From Xylographa opegraphella (lineage: Eukaryota), in contig JALDZX010000031.1 in assembly GCA_022813865.1 (NCBI GenBank), positions 62,001 through 126,000 on the forward strand: a DNA stretch of 64,000 bases, read 5' to 3'. Shown here piece after piece: positions 21,085 through 33,396 of this stretch. The notes below the pieces were generated by a model. The model did no database searches and was not told the DNA's origin. It was given only the letters and a program-made list of their open reading frames with translations. The first letter of the stretch is position 1. Every line of letters starts with the position of its first letter. The position numbers were made by a program, and so were the translations under genes.

Positions 21085-23786
21085 ATGTCCGCGCCGACTA
21101 CTGCTACCGCTGGCGGCCTTTCTATGCAGCCCACGGAGAACAACTTCAGCGTCGTGGAACAAGATAATTCGACTTCGGCACGAGGATGGAGGAATTTTAT
21201 AAGTCGTTCCAAGGCTGCTCAGGAACCGCCCAGCGCATCGGATTCGTTGAGCAACGGCGGAGATTATCAAAAACTACCTGTGAAGTGGAGTATGGGAGTG
21301 TTGAACGACAAGCAGACAGATGAGGTTCCAGGTAAGGGTCATCGTTAAGCATGGAGCCTGGTGATGGGACAGGACTGACGGAACATGAACGAGTAGGTTC
21401 GATTCTACTGATGCCCAAGGAATCTTCCCGGAACGAGCCCCTCGGCCTTCGTAATGCCCCCGCAAGAACGTCGGCCTCTTCATTACCGTCGCCATTTCCA
21501 CCTGGACTAGAGTCTACATCTCGTGCTCTTTCGCATCACTCCATCCCCGAAAAGAAGAGGACCAAAAATGGGCAAATCATACTCGAGCCACAACCAGAAG
21601 AATCATTGAATGACCCTCTGAATTGGCCTTCTTGGAGGAGAGATATTGCTTTGATTTCTTTAGGATTCTATTGCATGGTTGGGGGCGGTATGACCCCTGT
21701 TCTGGCAGCTGGGTTCAATAATGTGGCCGCAACTTATAAAATTCCGGAGCCTAAGGTTGCGCTTACGACTGGGTTCTACATGATGGGACTTGGATTGGGC
21801 TCCGTTGTTGCGTCGCCGACTGCCATACTTTTCGGCAAGCGGCCAGTGTACTTGGCTGGGATCATTCTGTTCTTGTTGAGTGCCATTTGGTGTGCTTTGT
21901 CTCCAAACTATGCGTCTTTAGTCGTGGCTCGTATACTCATGGGCGTTGCCGTTAGCCCTGTAGAATGTCTGCCATCAGCTACTATTGCCGAAATCTTCTT
22001 TTTACATGAGCGGGCTTTCCGGCTCGGGATATACACACTTCTCTTGCTTGGCGGGAAGAACCTGGTTCCTTTGGTCAGTGCAGCAATCATCCAAGGTTTG
22101 GATTGGCAATGGGTATTTTGGTATGTTAAATCCAGACTTCGCTAGCCTATTCGACTGACATCCCTAGGGTCGTTGCCATGATTGTTACTTTCTGCTTCGC
22201 TCTGATTTTTTTCTTTGTGCCCGAAACTTTCTGGGATCGAACGCCTCGACCTCATGCCCATTCCAAAAGTAGGAAGTCAACCCTAGGTTCGATTAGCGCC
22301 TTCTTCGGTTCAGTAAATCATACGAAAACTCTACCCAAGGACGAGGGATATCATGGAGGCGACGCCACGAATGAGATTAGGAAATACGCGCTCGGAAATT
22401 CCATGAAATCCGCCGCCCCAGATCCTTCCGCTGGTACAATAGCTCAAAGACGACAGCAGAAGAACAAGCATCATGTCGGTTTTGCTGACGGTCCTGCACC
22501 AACCCAGGAGGAACTTTCCGAAGGCGTGCATCCTGGAAGTCCCGAGTTTTATGATGCGTCCTCCAGGGCGACGTCTTCGCTAGCTACGCCTGTATATATC
22601 TCTCATGATCGTCCGGGTCCAATAGTACCACCAAGTGGAACACACTTAATGGTTCCTGGTGCGCCAGCTGCCAGCAACAACACTTCAATACGACCCCTGG
22701 CCACTCATGCAGACTCCTGGAGGGTAGAGCCTCGTGGTGAAGGTCCTCAAACACCAGGTCTTCACAATTTCAACTCGCCATCTTACCTGACTGAAGAATC
22801 TCCTTCCACAGATTACCTCCGCAATGAGCATGATCTCGAAGCTCCAAACTCTGGAATTACAGCACCTGGCTCCCTTGTGACACAACCTGCCACAGCTGTA
22901 ATGAGCGAAAAGTCCACAGATTCGAGAGCTGTTACAGCTCTTGCATACACCCATCATCTCCGAACACAGCCTCCCAAGACGTTTCGTCAGACTCTTAAGC
23001 CCTGGAATGGTAGACTCCGGCATGATAAGTGGCTCAAAGTTGCCATCAGACCTTTCATCCTCTTTGCATATCCTTCAATACTGTGGTCAACCTTGGTCTA
23101 CTCCCTTAGCGTAGGCTGGCTCATTGTCCTCTCGGAGACTGTATCCGCCATCTACCGTTCTCCAGCATACACATACAACTTCAGCCCTCTTGGCACAGGT
23201 CTCGTCTACATTTCGCCTTTCATTGGCGGCATCCTCGGAACCGCCGTTGCGGGAAAACTCAGCGATGTCATCGTGCAGTTCATGAGTAGGAAGAACGGGG
23301 GCGTTTACGAGCCCGAGTTTAGGCTCGTAATGGCGCTTCCGGTCGCAATCACTACCTGTATTGGACTGATGGGTTTTGGTTGGAGTGCTGGGGAACATGA
23401 CAGATGGATTGTACCGACAGTGTTCTTTGGTATCATCAGCTTCGGATGCTCTCTGGGAAGTACTACTGCGATTACATTCGCTGTGGACAGCTACCGACAA
23501 TATGCCGGCGAAGCGCTTGTGACGATGAACTTTTCCAAAAGTAAGCCACCGACCTCCAATTCAAAGTGCTCGGAAATAAACGCTAATAACATACAAAGAC
23601 ATCTTTCACGGCCTTGTGTTTTCCCTATTCTTTCCGAACTGGCTAGTTGCAGACGGATCGAAGTCGGTATTCATCGCCATTGGGTGCATCCAGCTGGGTT
23701 GCCTGACCACCACAATACCCATGTATATCTACGGAAAGAGAGCCCGGATGTGGACTGTGCGAAAGAACATGATGGAGAAGTTTTGA
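21085..23786 (+). CDS. MFS transporter, DHA1/HOL1-like family, with large central loop
   Basis: IILEPQPEESLNDPLNW, FGKRPVY, IFFLHERA, VPETFWDR, YEPEFRL; introns 21332-21396, 22121-22167, 23541-23598. Confidence 0.92.
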
Positions 23787-24379
23787 AGCGTTTTGCATAA
23801 ATCGAGGCGTTGTGTGTGGGAAATGGATAGGGAGGAGCTAAGACTGTATACGATACCCTGAGCTGGCACCCTATTATTAGGAGTAGATTAGCATTATTGG
23901 ATATTCTTACACTGATGCTCTACTTTGCTATTATTTTCAGCTATAGGAAGCGAAGGATTTCCGACTCGAGATACGCTAGGGTCTGTTCAGCCTAGCACCA
24001 CGACACTAACATTTAAGGGCTTAGTGCGTCCGAAGCCGTCGTGTTCAGTTGTCAGCACAGGAACCAGCGACAACCAGCCTCAGCAAAACATTACGACAAC
24101 TCAGCCAGTCAGAAGCAAAGCCAAGAGATTCGTGTGGTGCGAGATAAGACATGAGATACCGTGGCACTATACGGTAGTTTGTGGTCCTGTTGACCTTGGC
24201 TCGTGCCTCGAAGTTACAAAGGAACCTGCTAGTGTCGTTATAGAGACACAGGTGCAATAGTATCCGGATCTGAGGTAGATGACTGTAAAATAGGGGATGA
24301 GAAAACCATTCTTTCTGGGTATCTATGATTTTTGGGTGATATCCATTCTTCCAATTCCCTCGGACTCACAAGAGTATAC

Positions 24380-24990
24380 TCACTATTCGAGCTTTATGAC
24401 ATCTAGTGTGAACTGCCTTTGTTTACACTACCGCATATGTTTATTCGACTTGCAAAGAGAGGTTGGAACATTCTTTCTTGATCGTATGCTTACCTATCTA
24501 AGGATTTCTGCAGTTGTTCGTATTCTTATTCTATGTAGATGCCTCTCATTTACGTAATTTTGTTGCCTCAGCGTAATTATCACTATCTTCGCTGCTTTGG
24601 TATCATTTCTCCCGAAGCACAACAAAGTATGTTATGTGGGTCAGCATAAGTCCCGTGGATGGTTTGCGACTGGTTCGTGCTATCTTGACCCTCACGTGAG
24701 AGCCTCTGAGTTCCAATCTATCATGTACTCTGAGGTTGTATTTCGGTATGCTTCAGCTGAAGGTTTCGATATGGCATATACAATGGGATTACTAGAGTCA
24801 AGCCAATACGTGAGCCGTGTGCCGCCTGGTTTCTTGCTTTGTTGATATTGTTTGAGTGATGAATGGGGGAGCTGTATCTCAAGTCCTCAAACACCTTGTT
24901 ACTTACGTCTTTAGGGGCCATGAAAGGAAAATGCTTTGCTGCATTGTTGGGCAACAATAGCGTTGTTCTCTCTTTGTCTTTTACTACATG
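24380..24990 (-). pseudogene. Possible decayed F-box-like gene relic
   Basis: Fragments KHFPFMAPKDVSNKVFEDL and AEILR*VS../IKKECSNL resemble the fungal FPFL.LP.EIRN.IY and ILRVSK.I..EA patterns; interrupted by stops and frameshifts. Confidence 0.2.
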
Positions 24991-25221
24991 TCTGTACTAT
25001 GCTCGGCTGTTCTATAATAGCTTGGAATTCCCAAGTATGCTTCTAGAACGACTCACTCTAAACGTCTTGACTGACCGGATCTTCGCCAAATCTTCTTGAA
25101 TTGCACCACTCACCGCGGTAGACATCCCTTTGAAGCAACACAATCGTCTATTCTTAGGCAGGACCTATTCCAGGCGAGTTAGTTGTCTCTCAGTCTCCAC
25201 CAATTTTACCGTGCGAAGATA

Positions 25222-26340
25222 ATGGGCAAGCTCTCGGGCTTCCTCGGAAAGAAGCTTACACAGTTGAAGGCTGGATCGGAGGCAGTGGTGGCGGGCTTGA
25301 ACAATATCATGTTTTCCAAGAACAACAAATACTCTGCCTATGATGCAGATCTACCTCATAAACTTCGTCATCAAAATCATCCTGTATGTCCTTCAGCAAG
25401 CGACTTGTCGTCTGGTGATTACCCATTCGACCCGAGCGCCTTTCAATTGGAGGCGAACGAAGAGGGAGTTTTGGTATTGAAAAGGACTTCCGGTTATTCC
25501 GCCGAGTACCACAAACAAGGTCAAGAACAGCTGGCTTCTGCGAACCCACTCGGTATAGTATCGCTTGGAGAGGGCGATCAGCCCGAGATAGCCGAACTCG
25601 AAGGCGACACCTTACCAGAGCGAAAGGAAAAGCAGTGGTATACGAGTCTACAGGGCGGACCTTTTCTTGCCCGTCCCAACTTGGTAGATAACTTTTCGCA
25701 GCCAAGTACTTCATCACCTCCTCACTCGAAGGAGTCCTTGGTTCTTGACCCGGACATCAATACTTGGCCACCAAGTATGCAAGGACCAGGAAGCCCGTAT
25801 CTCCAAGTACCGCTCCCCTCAAGTACCTCCGTGGCTCGTCTCCGGCCTATAGTTCCAACCAAAGATCAAGCCGCCCGAGTAATCAAGCGCAAACCAGTCC
25901 CCAAACCCAGTCTCCCTGAGCGCTACTCGCGAAATAAACCCCTTCCAGAACTTCCTTCCGACCAGCGGCGACATAGCCACAAACCATCCTTTCGTAAACG
26001 GATTGAGAACTTCGTTGGAAGACCGATGCCATCCTTGGAATCGTCTGCCGATCGGATCTCATTTCATGCGGCTGCTGGCAAGGACATCCTCTGCATATTT
26101 GCAGAAATTGACCCTGTCGCCCCGGGATTCACGAACAAGGTCGTTGCAAAAGTACTGCGTGGGCGCTCCAAGGAGAGCGGAGATTCGCGCCGCACGAACT
26201 CATTTGAGCGAGCAGCAGACCTGGCTGATCCGGTCGAACGGCTGAGAGAGTTGCGAGAAACCGTCAAGCTCGACAGAATGTTTGTGCAAATATCGGAGCC
26301 GTTGTTACACATGGGCGAGCCTTTCAAGATTTCATTCTGA
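25222..26340 (+). CDS. Hypothetical protein (Pro-rich, no recognised domain)
   Basis: Uninterrupted ORF from ATG 25222 (MGKLSGF); IAELEGD and RKPVP/NKPLP motifs typical of fungal disordered proteins. Confidence 0.65.
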   Translation: MGKLSGFLGKKLTQLKAGSEAVVAGLNNIMFSKNNKYSAYDADLPHKLRHQNHPVCPSASDLSSGDYPFDPSAFQLEANEEGVLVLKRTSGYSAEYHKQGQEQLASANPLGIVSLGEGDQPEIAELEGDTLPERKEKQWYTSLQGGPFLARPNLVDNFSQPSTSSPPHSKESLVLDPDINTWPPSMQGPGSPYLQVPLPSSTSVARLRPIVPTKDQAARVIKRKPVPKPSLPERYSRNKPLPELPSDQRRHSHKPSFRKRIENFVGRPMPSLESSADRISFHAAAGKDILCIFAEIDPVAPGFTNKVVAKVLRGRSKESGDSRRTNSFERAADLADPVERLRELRETVKLDRMFVQISEPLLHMGEPFKISF

Positions 26341-27600
26341 TCTGCTGCGTTCGATGTTGGCGTCGAACGTATAACATGACTCGTTGTACCAAAATCGGTA
26401 ATTTGTTCTGGGATGTTTCCTGCAAGACGCAATACGGAGACATAAAGTAGGTACCCGGCAATGGCGCGTTGGAATTCGGAAAGAATTTTATTTACTATGA
26501 TACTGACTCTAATACTAATGAGAATAATAACAGTTATGAGATATTTCGTCTCTCCTCTACGTGTGTTGGTACATTAGATGGAATCAAGAGTAAACTTGCA
26601 ACATTAATTCGAGGTATCGTACCACACTTCTTCTTTGTCTGAGCATTGTCTCTTCATCATACTCCTAGTCTTACCATAATCGTGGAGTTTAACAATGCCC
26701 TCGTATATTCTTTGCACCATCCAGCAAGGATAGGAAGTCGATGGTCATCTCAACGTGCGAAGATCCGCGCACAGCTTGGATGGCCGACTACTCCAGGCAC
26801 GAACTACCTCCCTTAACGCCCCGCAACCACAGATAAAAGATATGTATGAAGACCATTGTGGCATTTACCCATTCAGGTCGGCTAGACAACCCTTTGGCTG
26901 ATTTCCACCCAGACCAGTCTTGATCATGGGAGCTAGTACATCTAATTACGGCAAGTTGGTGAACGATACAATGGCTGATAGCATCATGTCGTCCAGCGAC
27001 TGTTCATCGGGTCGTGCCCACAGCTCCGACGATCTCACAATGTCTTCTTGATGTGGACGACGGAAACCTGGCGACTGCTATCACTTTGTGATCTCTCCGT
27101 ACCCAGCAGGGATTCAGAGCAGCACACTGTGAGTGCGTATGAAATTCCGTGTACTTTGGATGAATGGCAATGAAAGGTTGGGCGGCTTGGGTGTCGTCTA
27201 TTTCAGAGTCTCGTAACCACTAGTAGCTGCTCAATCAGAAGTACTTGAAAGTTACTTCCGATAACAGACTGTGGTACTATGATTCGGGGTATGTTGTTTC
27301 AATGTTTGAGAGCTGGGTGAACCAATATATAGATAAAAGTGGGTACATAGTACATGTAAGTATAAATCGTAACCATGATACAGACGCCGCGTTCCTAAGC
27401 CAATGGAATAATTGATGACAACGTCGTGAATATTAATGGCGATACCAGTTAAAAATGATCATAGACTATCACAGTGTATCCTCCCTGAACCGAAACGTAC
27501 TCCCCACTTCTCCCACTTCATCTTCCCTACAAGATATGCTATACTATATACCATCCCAAGATCATTCCAACGCATACGCACTTCTGAAGTCTCACCATCA

Positions 27601-30600
27601 CTAACTATGATACATTGCACCGGGCCTGACGTTCGTAGCCAGGAGTCGCCGAGTAAGTGTAGGACTCAACAGGATGTGTTCCAGAATCGTAGTCGACGCT
27701 TCGCTAGACCCCACGCTGGACGGCTGCTGCGCGGAGCCCGGACGCACCGGCGTCGCAGGGTCGGTGCTGGGTACGAAAAGCGGCGTCACGATTGGGAGTT
27801 CCATGTCTTGGCGTGCGAAGAAAGCAGCCCTGCGGTGGAAGTACCTCGTCGTCTCGTCGTCCAGCTCCATCTCCTCGATGAGATCGAAAACGCTCATCGA
27901 GTCGTCCCACTCGGCAAAGGGGAAGCCACGCGCGCGGAGGTCTGGCAGTCGGTCCGTTCGCATCAACGGTGTACCAGTGCCCAAGCGATCAGCAATCTGC
28001 CTAGCTGTCAGATGACGCCAAACGGGGTCGTCGTGGGTGGCGGTATCAGGGCTGGTGTCCGGCATCTGCAGCGCCTGGAAGTGTGCATGGTGGTTGGCAA
28101 GGCGGAGCAGGCCGGCGCAGAAGCGGACCCAGTGCTGGATCATCTCCCCACTGAGAACCGATTCGTGCTGGCGGAACTCGATCGTGTGTGGTCGGACGGG
28201 CTTGCCCGGCTCATCTTCGAGGTCGGTGAAGTTCACGGCGCGTTCCTTGTCCCCGCCGCTGAGGAATATGAGTCCGCTGAGCAGGCTACCATCTCCGTCG
28301 AAAATGCTCGCACGGACGTCTTCAAGGGGTCTTTCGGTAGCTGGATACGCTTGGTCCGGTGGGGATGCATGATCGTCGGGGTAGTGGATGTTTATGTAAT
28401 TGGAGCGTAGTTCGTTCTGGGCAGTATCGCTGGTGGAGTTGGTGCGTCGATGGTGGGGCATGATGGTGTTGATTTGTTTTTCGTACATTACAAGGATGTA
28501 GAGCAGGTTCTGGAGTGTCTTTTGATCTATGTCTTCATGTGTATGCTTCATGCGGATGTGGAGCCCCGTCTTGGGACCCGCGGTTGCGCCATGCAAATGG
28601 CATGGCTGGCCCTTAAGCCTATTGCATAGGTCGTTGATTTCAGGAAATCCGGTGTCGTCTCTTGTGAGTGTGAAAGCTCTGGAGACTAGCACGGCGCCTT
28701 GAGAATCCCCTAGGCGAGAATGCTGTCAGTAGTCATTATCAGGTAATTGACAGAAATTATACTTACATTCGCTGGTTTGTGGTAGCCTAGCCGGAGGTTC
28801 TGGGCTTATTACCCGGCCTGCTGTCACAGCAGACAGTTTAACTGTTTCATCCACAGTCCTTGGGGGTCTAGACGAAGTAGTCCTGTCTGGGGTTGTTACA
28901 GTAATAAATGAGGTCTGTGCAACTGGCGCAGTTGTATTGGGTTGCCCACTGGTAGCGGAGGTCGTGGTCTGTTTCCATCCAAGAAGAATAGGTGTGTTAC
29001 TGGGGCCGGCAGCCGGAGAATTTGCTGGCACAGTTGGTGATATGCTGTAATCTGGCCTCAGGAAAGGATGAGTTTCTCGCAAGTTCAGAGTGGAGATCCC
29101 GCCAAAGAAGGTGCTTGGTTTCAGATAAAGTGGACCTACAGCGGCCTCCAACCAAATCTTCCTTGCCTCCTGTCCAATAACTGTGACGCGAGCTAGGGTG
29201 TAGTAAAAGTAGAATGCCTCTCGTGGGAGTCCTAGAACGCGGAGGCAACGTATGATTCGCGTGGCTCGGGCATGATAATCTTGCCACTTACTCTGGAAGC
29301 GCTGAATTGCGTGGCTGTAGTCTGCAATTCTTTCAACTGACCCGTGCTCTACTCGTTGAAAGCCGTAAAATTGCCAGATACGATCCAGCAACCGCAATAG
29401 TTGAGATCTTAGGTCTTGCCGAGTATTGAACGCCACAAAGGTCGCCTCATCAACACCCGGCATAGGACCAGAAGAATGAGGCCCATTACCCTCAGGCAGT
29501 GGGAAAAGTGATTTAAAGCAGCGGCCTTCACGATCGAGTCTCTCATCACCCCACTTCAATAAATCATCAAGAGTGCGGTTTTCAGGGTCCCGACCTCTTA
29601 TGTTTGGATCATAGAACTCAACTATCCCGTAAAAATCGTACTTTGTATTTCCAATATAAGGAAGATCACCTTTACTTGAACTCAAACTGTGGTGCCCTGG
29701 ATTAGGGCGCTCCCACCGACCATGTTTTGGCTTATCTATCGGCTGCAAAAGCCTCATGACTGCTTCGAATGACTCCGTCGGGTCAACGTCCACGCTTTGA
29801 TCTTGTACTAAGAGATCAGGACCTAGTGGGAAGTCAAGCAGACTGTGTGAGAAGCGGTTTGGACCCTTCTCAAAGGGGTCCTGAGAGAGGGTGGTCTCCT
29901 GATTTGAGTCATTTGCTTGGGAGGACGATGACATGCTGGCATTACTCCGTATACTGATAGCGCCAGTTGAGTTCGGAGGTCGGTTTTCTTGGTCCGTATC
30001 ATTTGATTGGAAGGACGAAGACATGCTGAAATTGCTCCGTACCCTAAAAGCGCCAGTTGAGTTGGGAGGTCGGTTTTCCCGGTCTGTATCATTCGATTGG
30101 AAGGACGAGGACATGCTGGCATTTCTCCGTGCACTAAGAGCACTAGTTGAGTGGGGAGGTCGGTTTTCCTGGTCGGTATCATTCGATTGAAACGACGAGG
30201 ACATGCTGGAAGGTGATGGTGGTAGTTTTTGCTTCTTTAGCGCGGATCCGCCTGCACCAGACGTCTCTGGTGACAACGACCTTTTGTTGTGCTGCCCAGA
30301 TGTAGGGCCATCTCGTTGAAAGCATCTCTTATAGGTCACTAAGTAGTGCTCGAGCTCAGTTAGTGTCAGAGCTTCGATGATTAATTCCTTGATGAGATGC
30401 CAATTCTCGAAAGTGGTTGGCTTGTCTAAACAGACATCGACAGTAATATCGGACGGCAAGGCCGCGTCCCAGTACTGGAGGTGTTTACTCTGATCTGCAG
30501 ATCGCAGTATCTCTCTTGCCATATGGAGATGTTCGCGTTTGTACGTTCGAAGCTTCCCGTCCGTTGCATATGTGGCCGCAGTACGTTCACGTGTCTCCTC

Positions 30601-30867
30601 TGCACCAACTCGGAGACCCCAAGCTAGATATCGAGGTCTGCTGTGACGGTATACTTGAGGGACTGGATTTAGCTGCATCCGCAATTCAGGAGTGAGGTTC
30701 TTCTTCAAAACCGCAATGATCTGGGCCTCAGTGACTCGAAAATCGGTATTACATATGGTTGGCCTGCCTGCTTCGTGCTCTAATTGCGCGAGGATAAGTT
30801 TTTCATGGAAGACTAGAACGAACTCGATCTCGACCTCATAAGTCAGCTCGTAGTCGGAGTTCTTCAT
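27601..30867 (-). CDS. Amidoligase_2 (COOH-NH2 ligase)-like protein with nested OGFr-like domain and 30-aa tandem repeats (~1069 aa)
   Basis: TYEVEIEFVLVF, WDSQGAVLVS, TGLHIR, AVNFTDL, TIEFRQHES..WVRFC; intron 28710-28766 joins the two long ORFs in frame; internal IVEFYD..RTLDDLLKW..LFPLPE..QFYGF..TRIIRCLRVLG. Confidence 0.8.
29893..30207 (-). repeat. Coding tandem repeat, 90-nt/30-aa unit, ~3.5 copies
   Basis: acatgctg recurs at 29931, 30021, 30111 and 30201; unit SMSSSFQSNDTD(Q/R)ENRPP(H/N)ST.A. Confidence 0.95.
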
Positions 30868-31297
30868 CCTCCCCGTGGCAAATTGATGCCCTCAGATGAT
30901 TACGGCGCAATAGCAACAACGCTAACCCGAGTACCCGTGCACAACTGTGCATGAAAAAGCCATATTTAATGAGCGAAGCCGATGCAGAATATCGGTAAGA
31001 AGGGCATATTATGATAATCAAAAAATCGTTTGCACAAAGACGAAATAATAGAGATGCCATACACATGTCCCTGTTTTCAGATACGCATTGTAGTATACCG
31101 GATGCGGCGAACGCTATCCCAAACATTGCGATAAAGAAAGCAACGTCAGAATCCATCCGCCACAGCTTGCCACCTTGGACATCTTCGAGGATGAAACCGA
31201 AGAGCCGACTGAAATTCTGTTTAAACAAGCAATCGGCCTTTATAGTTTAACCGTGTACATGAAATCGTAAAAACATAACAATCTCACAATGCTCGTA

Positions 31298-33169
31298 TTA
31301 CATCGAAATACATCCGTCCTGGACTCCTTGCCGAATACTCTCTTCTATATCATCCAAATTCTTCTTGGCCCAGAATGACTTGACCCCCTCCACAAACCTA
31401 TGGCTCGTCTTTGACACATCTTCCTCATCCACAGCCGCGAAGCAAAGCCGGAAATAACCCCAGCCTTTATCATTCCTGATTGAATCAGTTGGGCTGAAGA
31501 TAGTTCCCGGGCTGACTAATATCAGATACGGCTTCGTGGTTAGGTGAATCCATAGCGCGTGAGCCAATTTATCGTGGCTGGTCTTTTTGTAAAGGGGATG
31601 AGTAGCAAGCTCCACTTTAACCCATATAAACATACCTCCTAAAGGCCAGATGAAATCATACATGAGAGATTTCTCAACCACGCTCCATTCGTCGGAAATG
31701 CTTTGTCGACGGCCACTCTTGACGAGATATTTGCCTTCTTCAAGAATAGAGCACATTGTCTGCATTCGGCGCTCGTAATTGCCACGCAATCCTTCAAGCC
31801 ACCGTACCCAGCCATGCATTTGCCATCCCTTTCCATCTTGAGCGCCACCGCGACCTTCGTCATTTGAAGGTTGTGGACCCATGATAAGTTCAGCTATCAT
31901 GGATTGCACAAATCCAGAGGGTTGCTGCGTCGACGTTTCCGTGATTCTAAGAAAACGTTCACAGAGCGCTGGCTGAGCTGTCAACCATCCCAAACGACAT
32001 CCAGGAGCAACAGTTTTCGAGAATGTGTCGATACGGACAACTCGTCCCTCTGTGTCGACAGATAAATACGAAGGTACTAGTGAGTCAAGGAACGGGTATC
32101 CGGAGGATTTTGGAGAATTATAGTTGTGTTGGCCGGGTTGAGCATCAGTGGAAGTCGGCTGACCACGTGCAGCCATCGAAGAAGTATTGGCCGAAGGATA
32201 CTGTAAATACCAGTACGGATCGTCCTCGATGATGATAACATCATACTTGACACAGAGAGCATATATATCCTTGCGCCGCTGAACGCCAAGGGTTCCGGAT
32301 GTAGGGTTTTGTCCAATTCTGATTGTGATGTGAGAAATGAACGGCCTCGCTTGAAACACTCAACTTACGTTACTGTGTAAATCAAGTGAGGTCTCTTCCC
32401 CTTACTTTCGTCCCAATTCTCCAAAACATCCTCCAGACCTCCCTTTCCTGATGGTAACATGCCCTCAGTATCAATCGCAACTGGCACAATGTTTAGCCCT
32501 CTTGGCCTGGCTGCTTGTACTGCATTCATATAGGCAAATTCCTCGACTAAAAGGCCTTCTCTGTCCCTGATCCAGTCCCTGTTTTCGATCCATGTGTTAC
32601 TTAATGCCTCGAGAGTTTTCGCAAACCCGTCGGTAGAGCCACATGTCAAAATGATTTCGGGACCTCCAGCATATGGAACATTCGGATGCAGATTTTCTCG
32701 CGTGAATTGCCTGAGAAACGTGTACAAAGGAGGATAGCCCTGTGCTGTTCCATATTGAAGGGCAGATTTGAGGTCAATCTTGCGAAGAACATCAATGCTT
32801 TCCACAGTCCCTGGCACGATCACTCTGGTTGCGGCTGGCTGCTTTGATGAATCATTTTGTTTGTGAAGGCTTGGCGGTGGGTTGACAGGGTGATTTGGGG
32901 TCGGTGCGAAGCGATTGGGAAGAGCAACAGTTGCTTCTAGAGTGTCGAAAGGAAAGTTATGGTTGTTTGGTAATCCTAGAACACGTCAGCTCTAAAGCTT
33001 CAACTTCCCCCGCTAGCTTACCTCCTGCAAGATTTCCTATGCCAGGAATTGCGAAATACTTGTAAAAGTCCTTGATACTACTAGCAGCACGGTTCTTCGT
33101 TACGCGTGAGTAATGGTGAGAAAGGTCAACTGGGGCCTTGATAGAATCCATCACTGGAATAGTGGTCAT
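31298..33169 (-). CDS. PLP-dependent aromatic amino acid/2-aminoadipate aminotransferase (Aro8-like, class I/II)
   Basis: GNLAGG/LP, ALQYG, GQNPTS, IIEDDPY, PLP-lysine motif RIDTFSKTVAPGCRLGW, YFRLCFAA; two introns (~32977-33021 and ~32320-32368). Confidence 0.92.
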
Positions 33170-33227
33170 TGCGAAATATTCTATCAAGAACGCTTTAGAG
33201 ATCGAAATAAGAGCGGACGATGGACTG

Positions 33228-33396
33228 TGATAACGAAGGGTTGATTACAATTCCAAAATATTGCTTCAACGCCATTCCATGACGACTTGCTCGTTGGACC
33301 TTCACTGGCCAATGACGGCGAAGCTTGGATAGCGCCTTGACTGATAAGGAAGGCCGATAAGATCACGGCAAGCTTGTCGTCCCGAGCCCCGGGGCT
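33228..33396. promoter_or_regulatory. Bidirectional promoter with clustered GATA sites, CCAAT and palindromic AGCCCCGGGGCT
   Basis: TGATAA 33228 and 33342, CGATAA 33355, CCAAT 33309, perfect palindrome 33385-33396 (SYGGRG on both strands). Confidence 0.4.

Noticed and set aside
26712..26720. TTGCACCAT, matching the MeaB-type element recalled from Aspergillus nmrA promoters
   Set aside because: 16 kb from nmrA, between convergent gene ends; I did not spot an exact copy upstream of nmrA
27436..28410. 324-aa plus-strand ORF
   Set aside because: Antisense shadow of the GC3-rich amidoligase exon; no motifs. The same applies to antisense ORFs over GDT1, MFS2 and the TF
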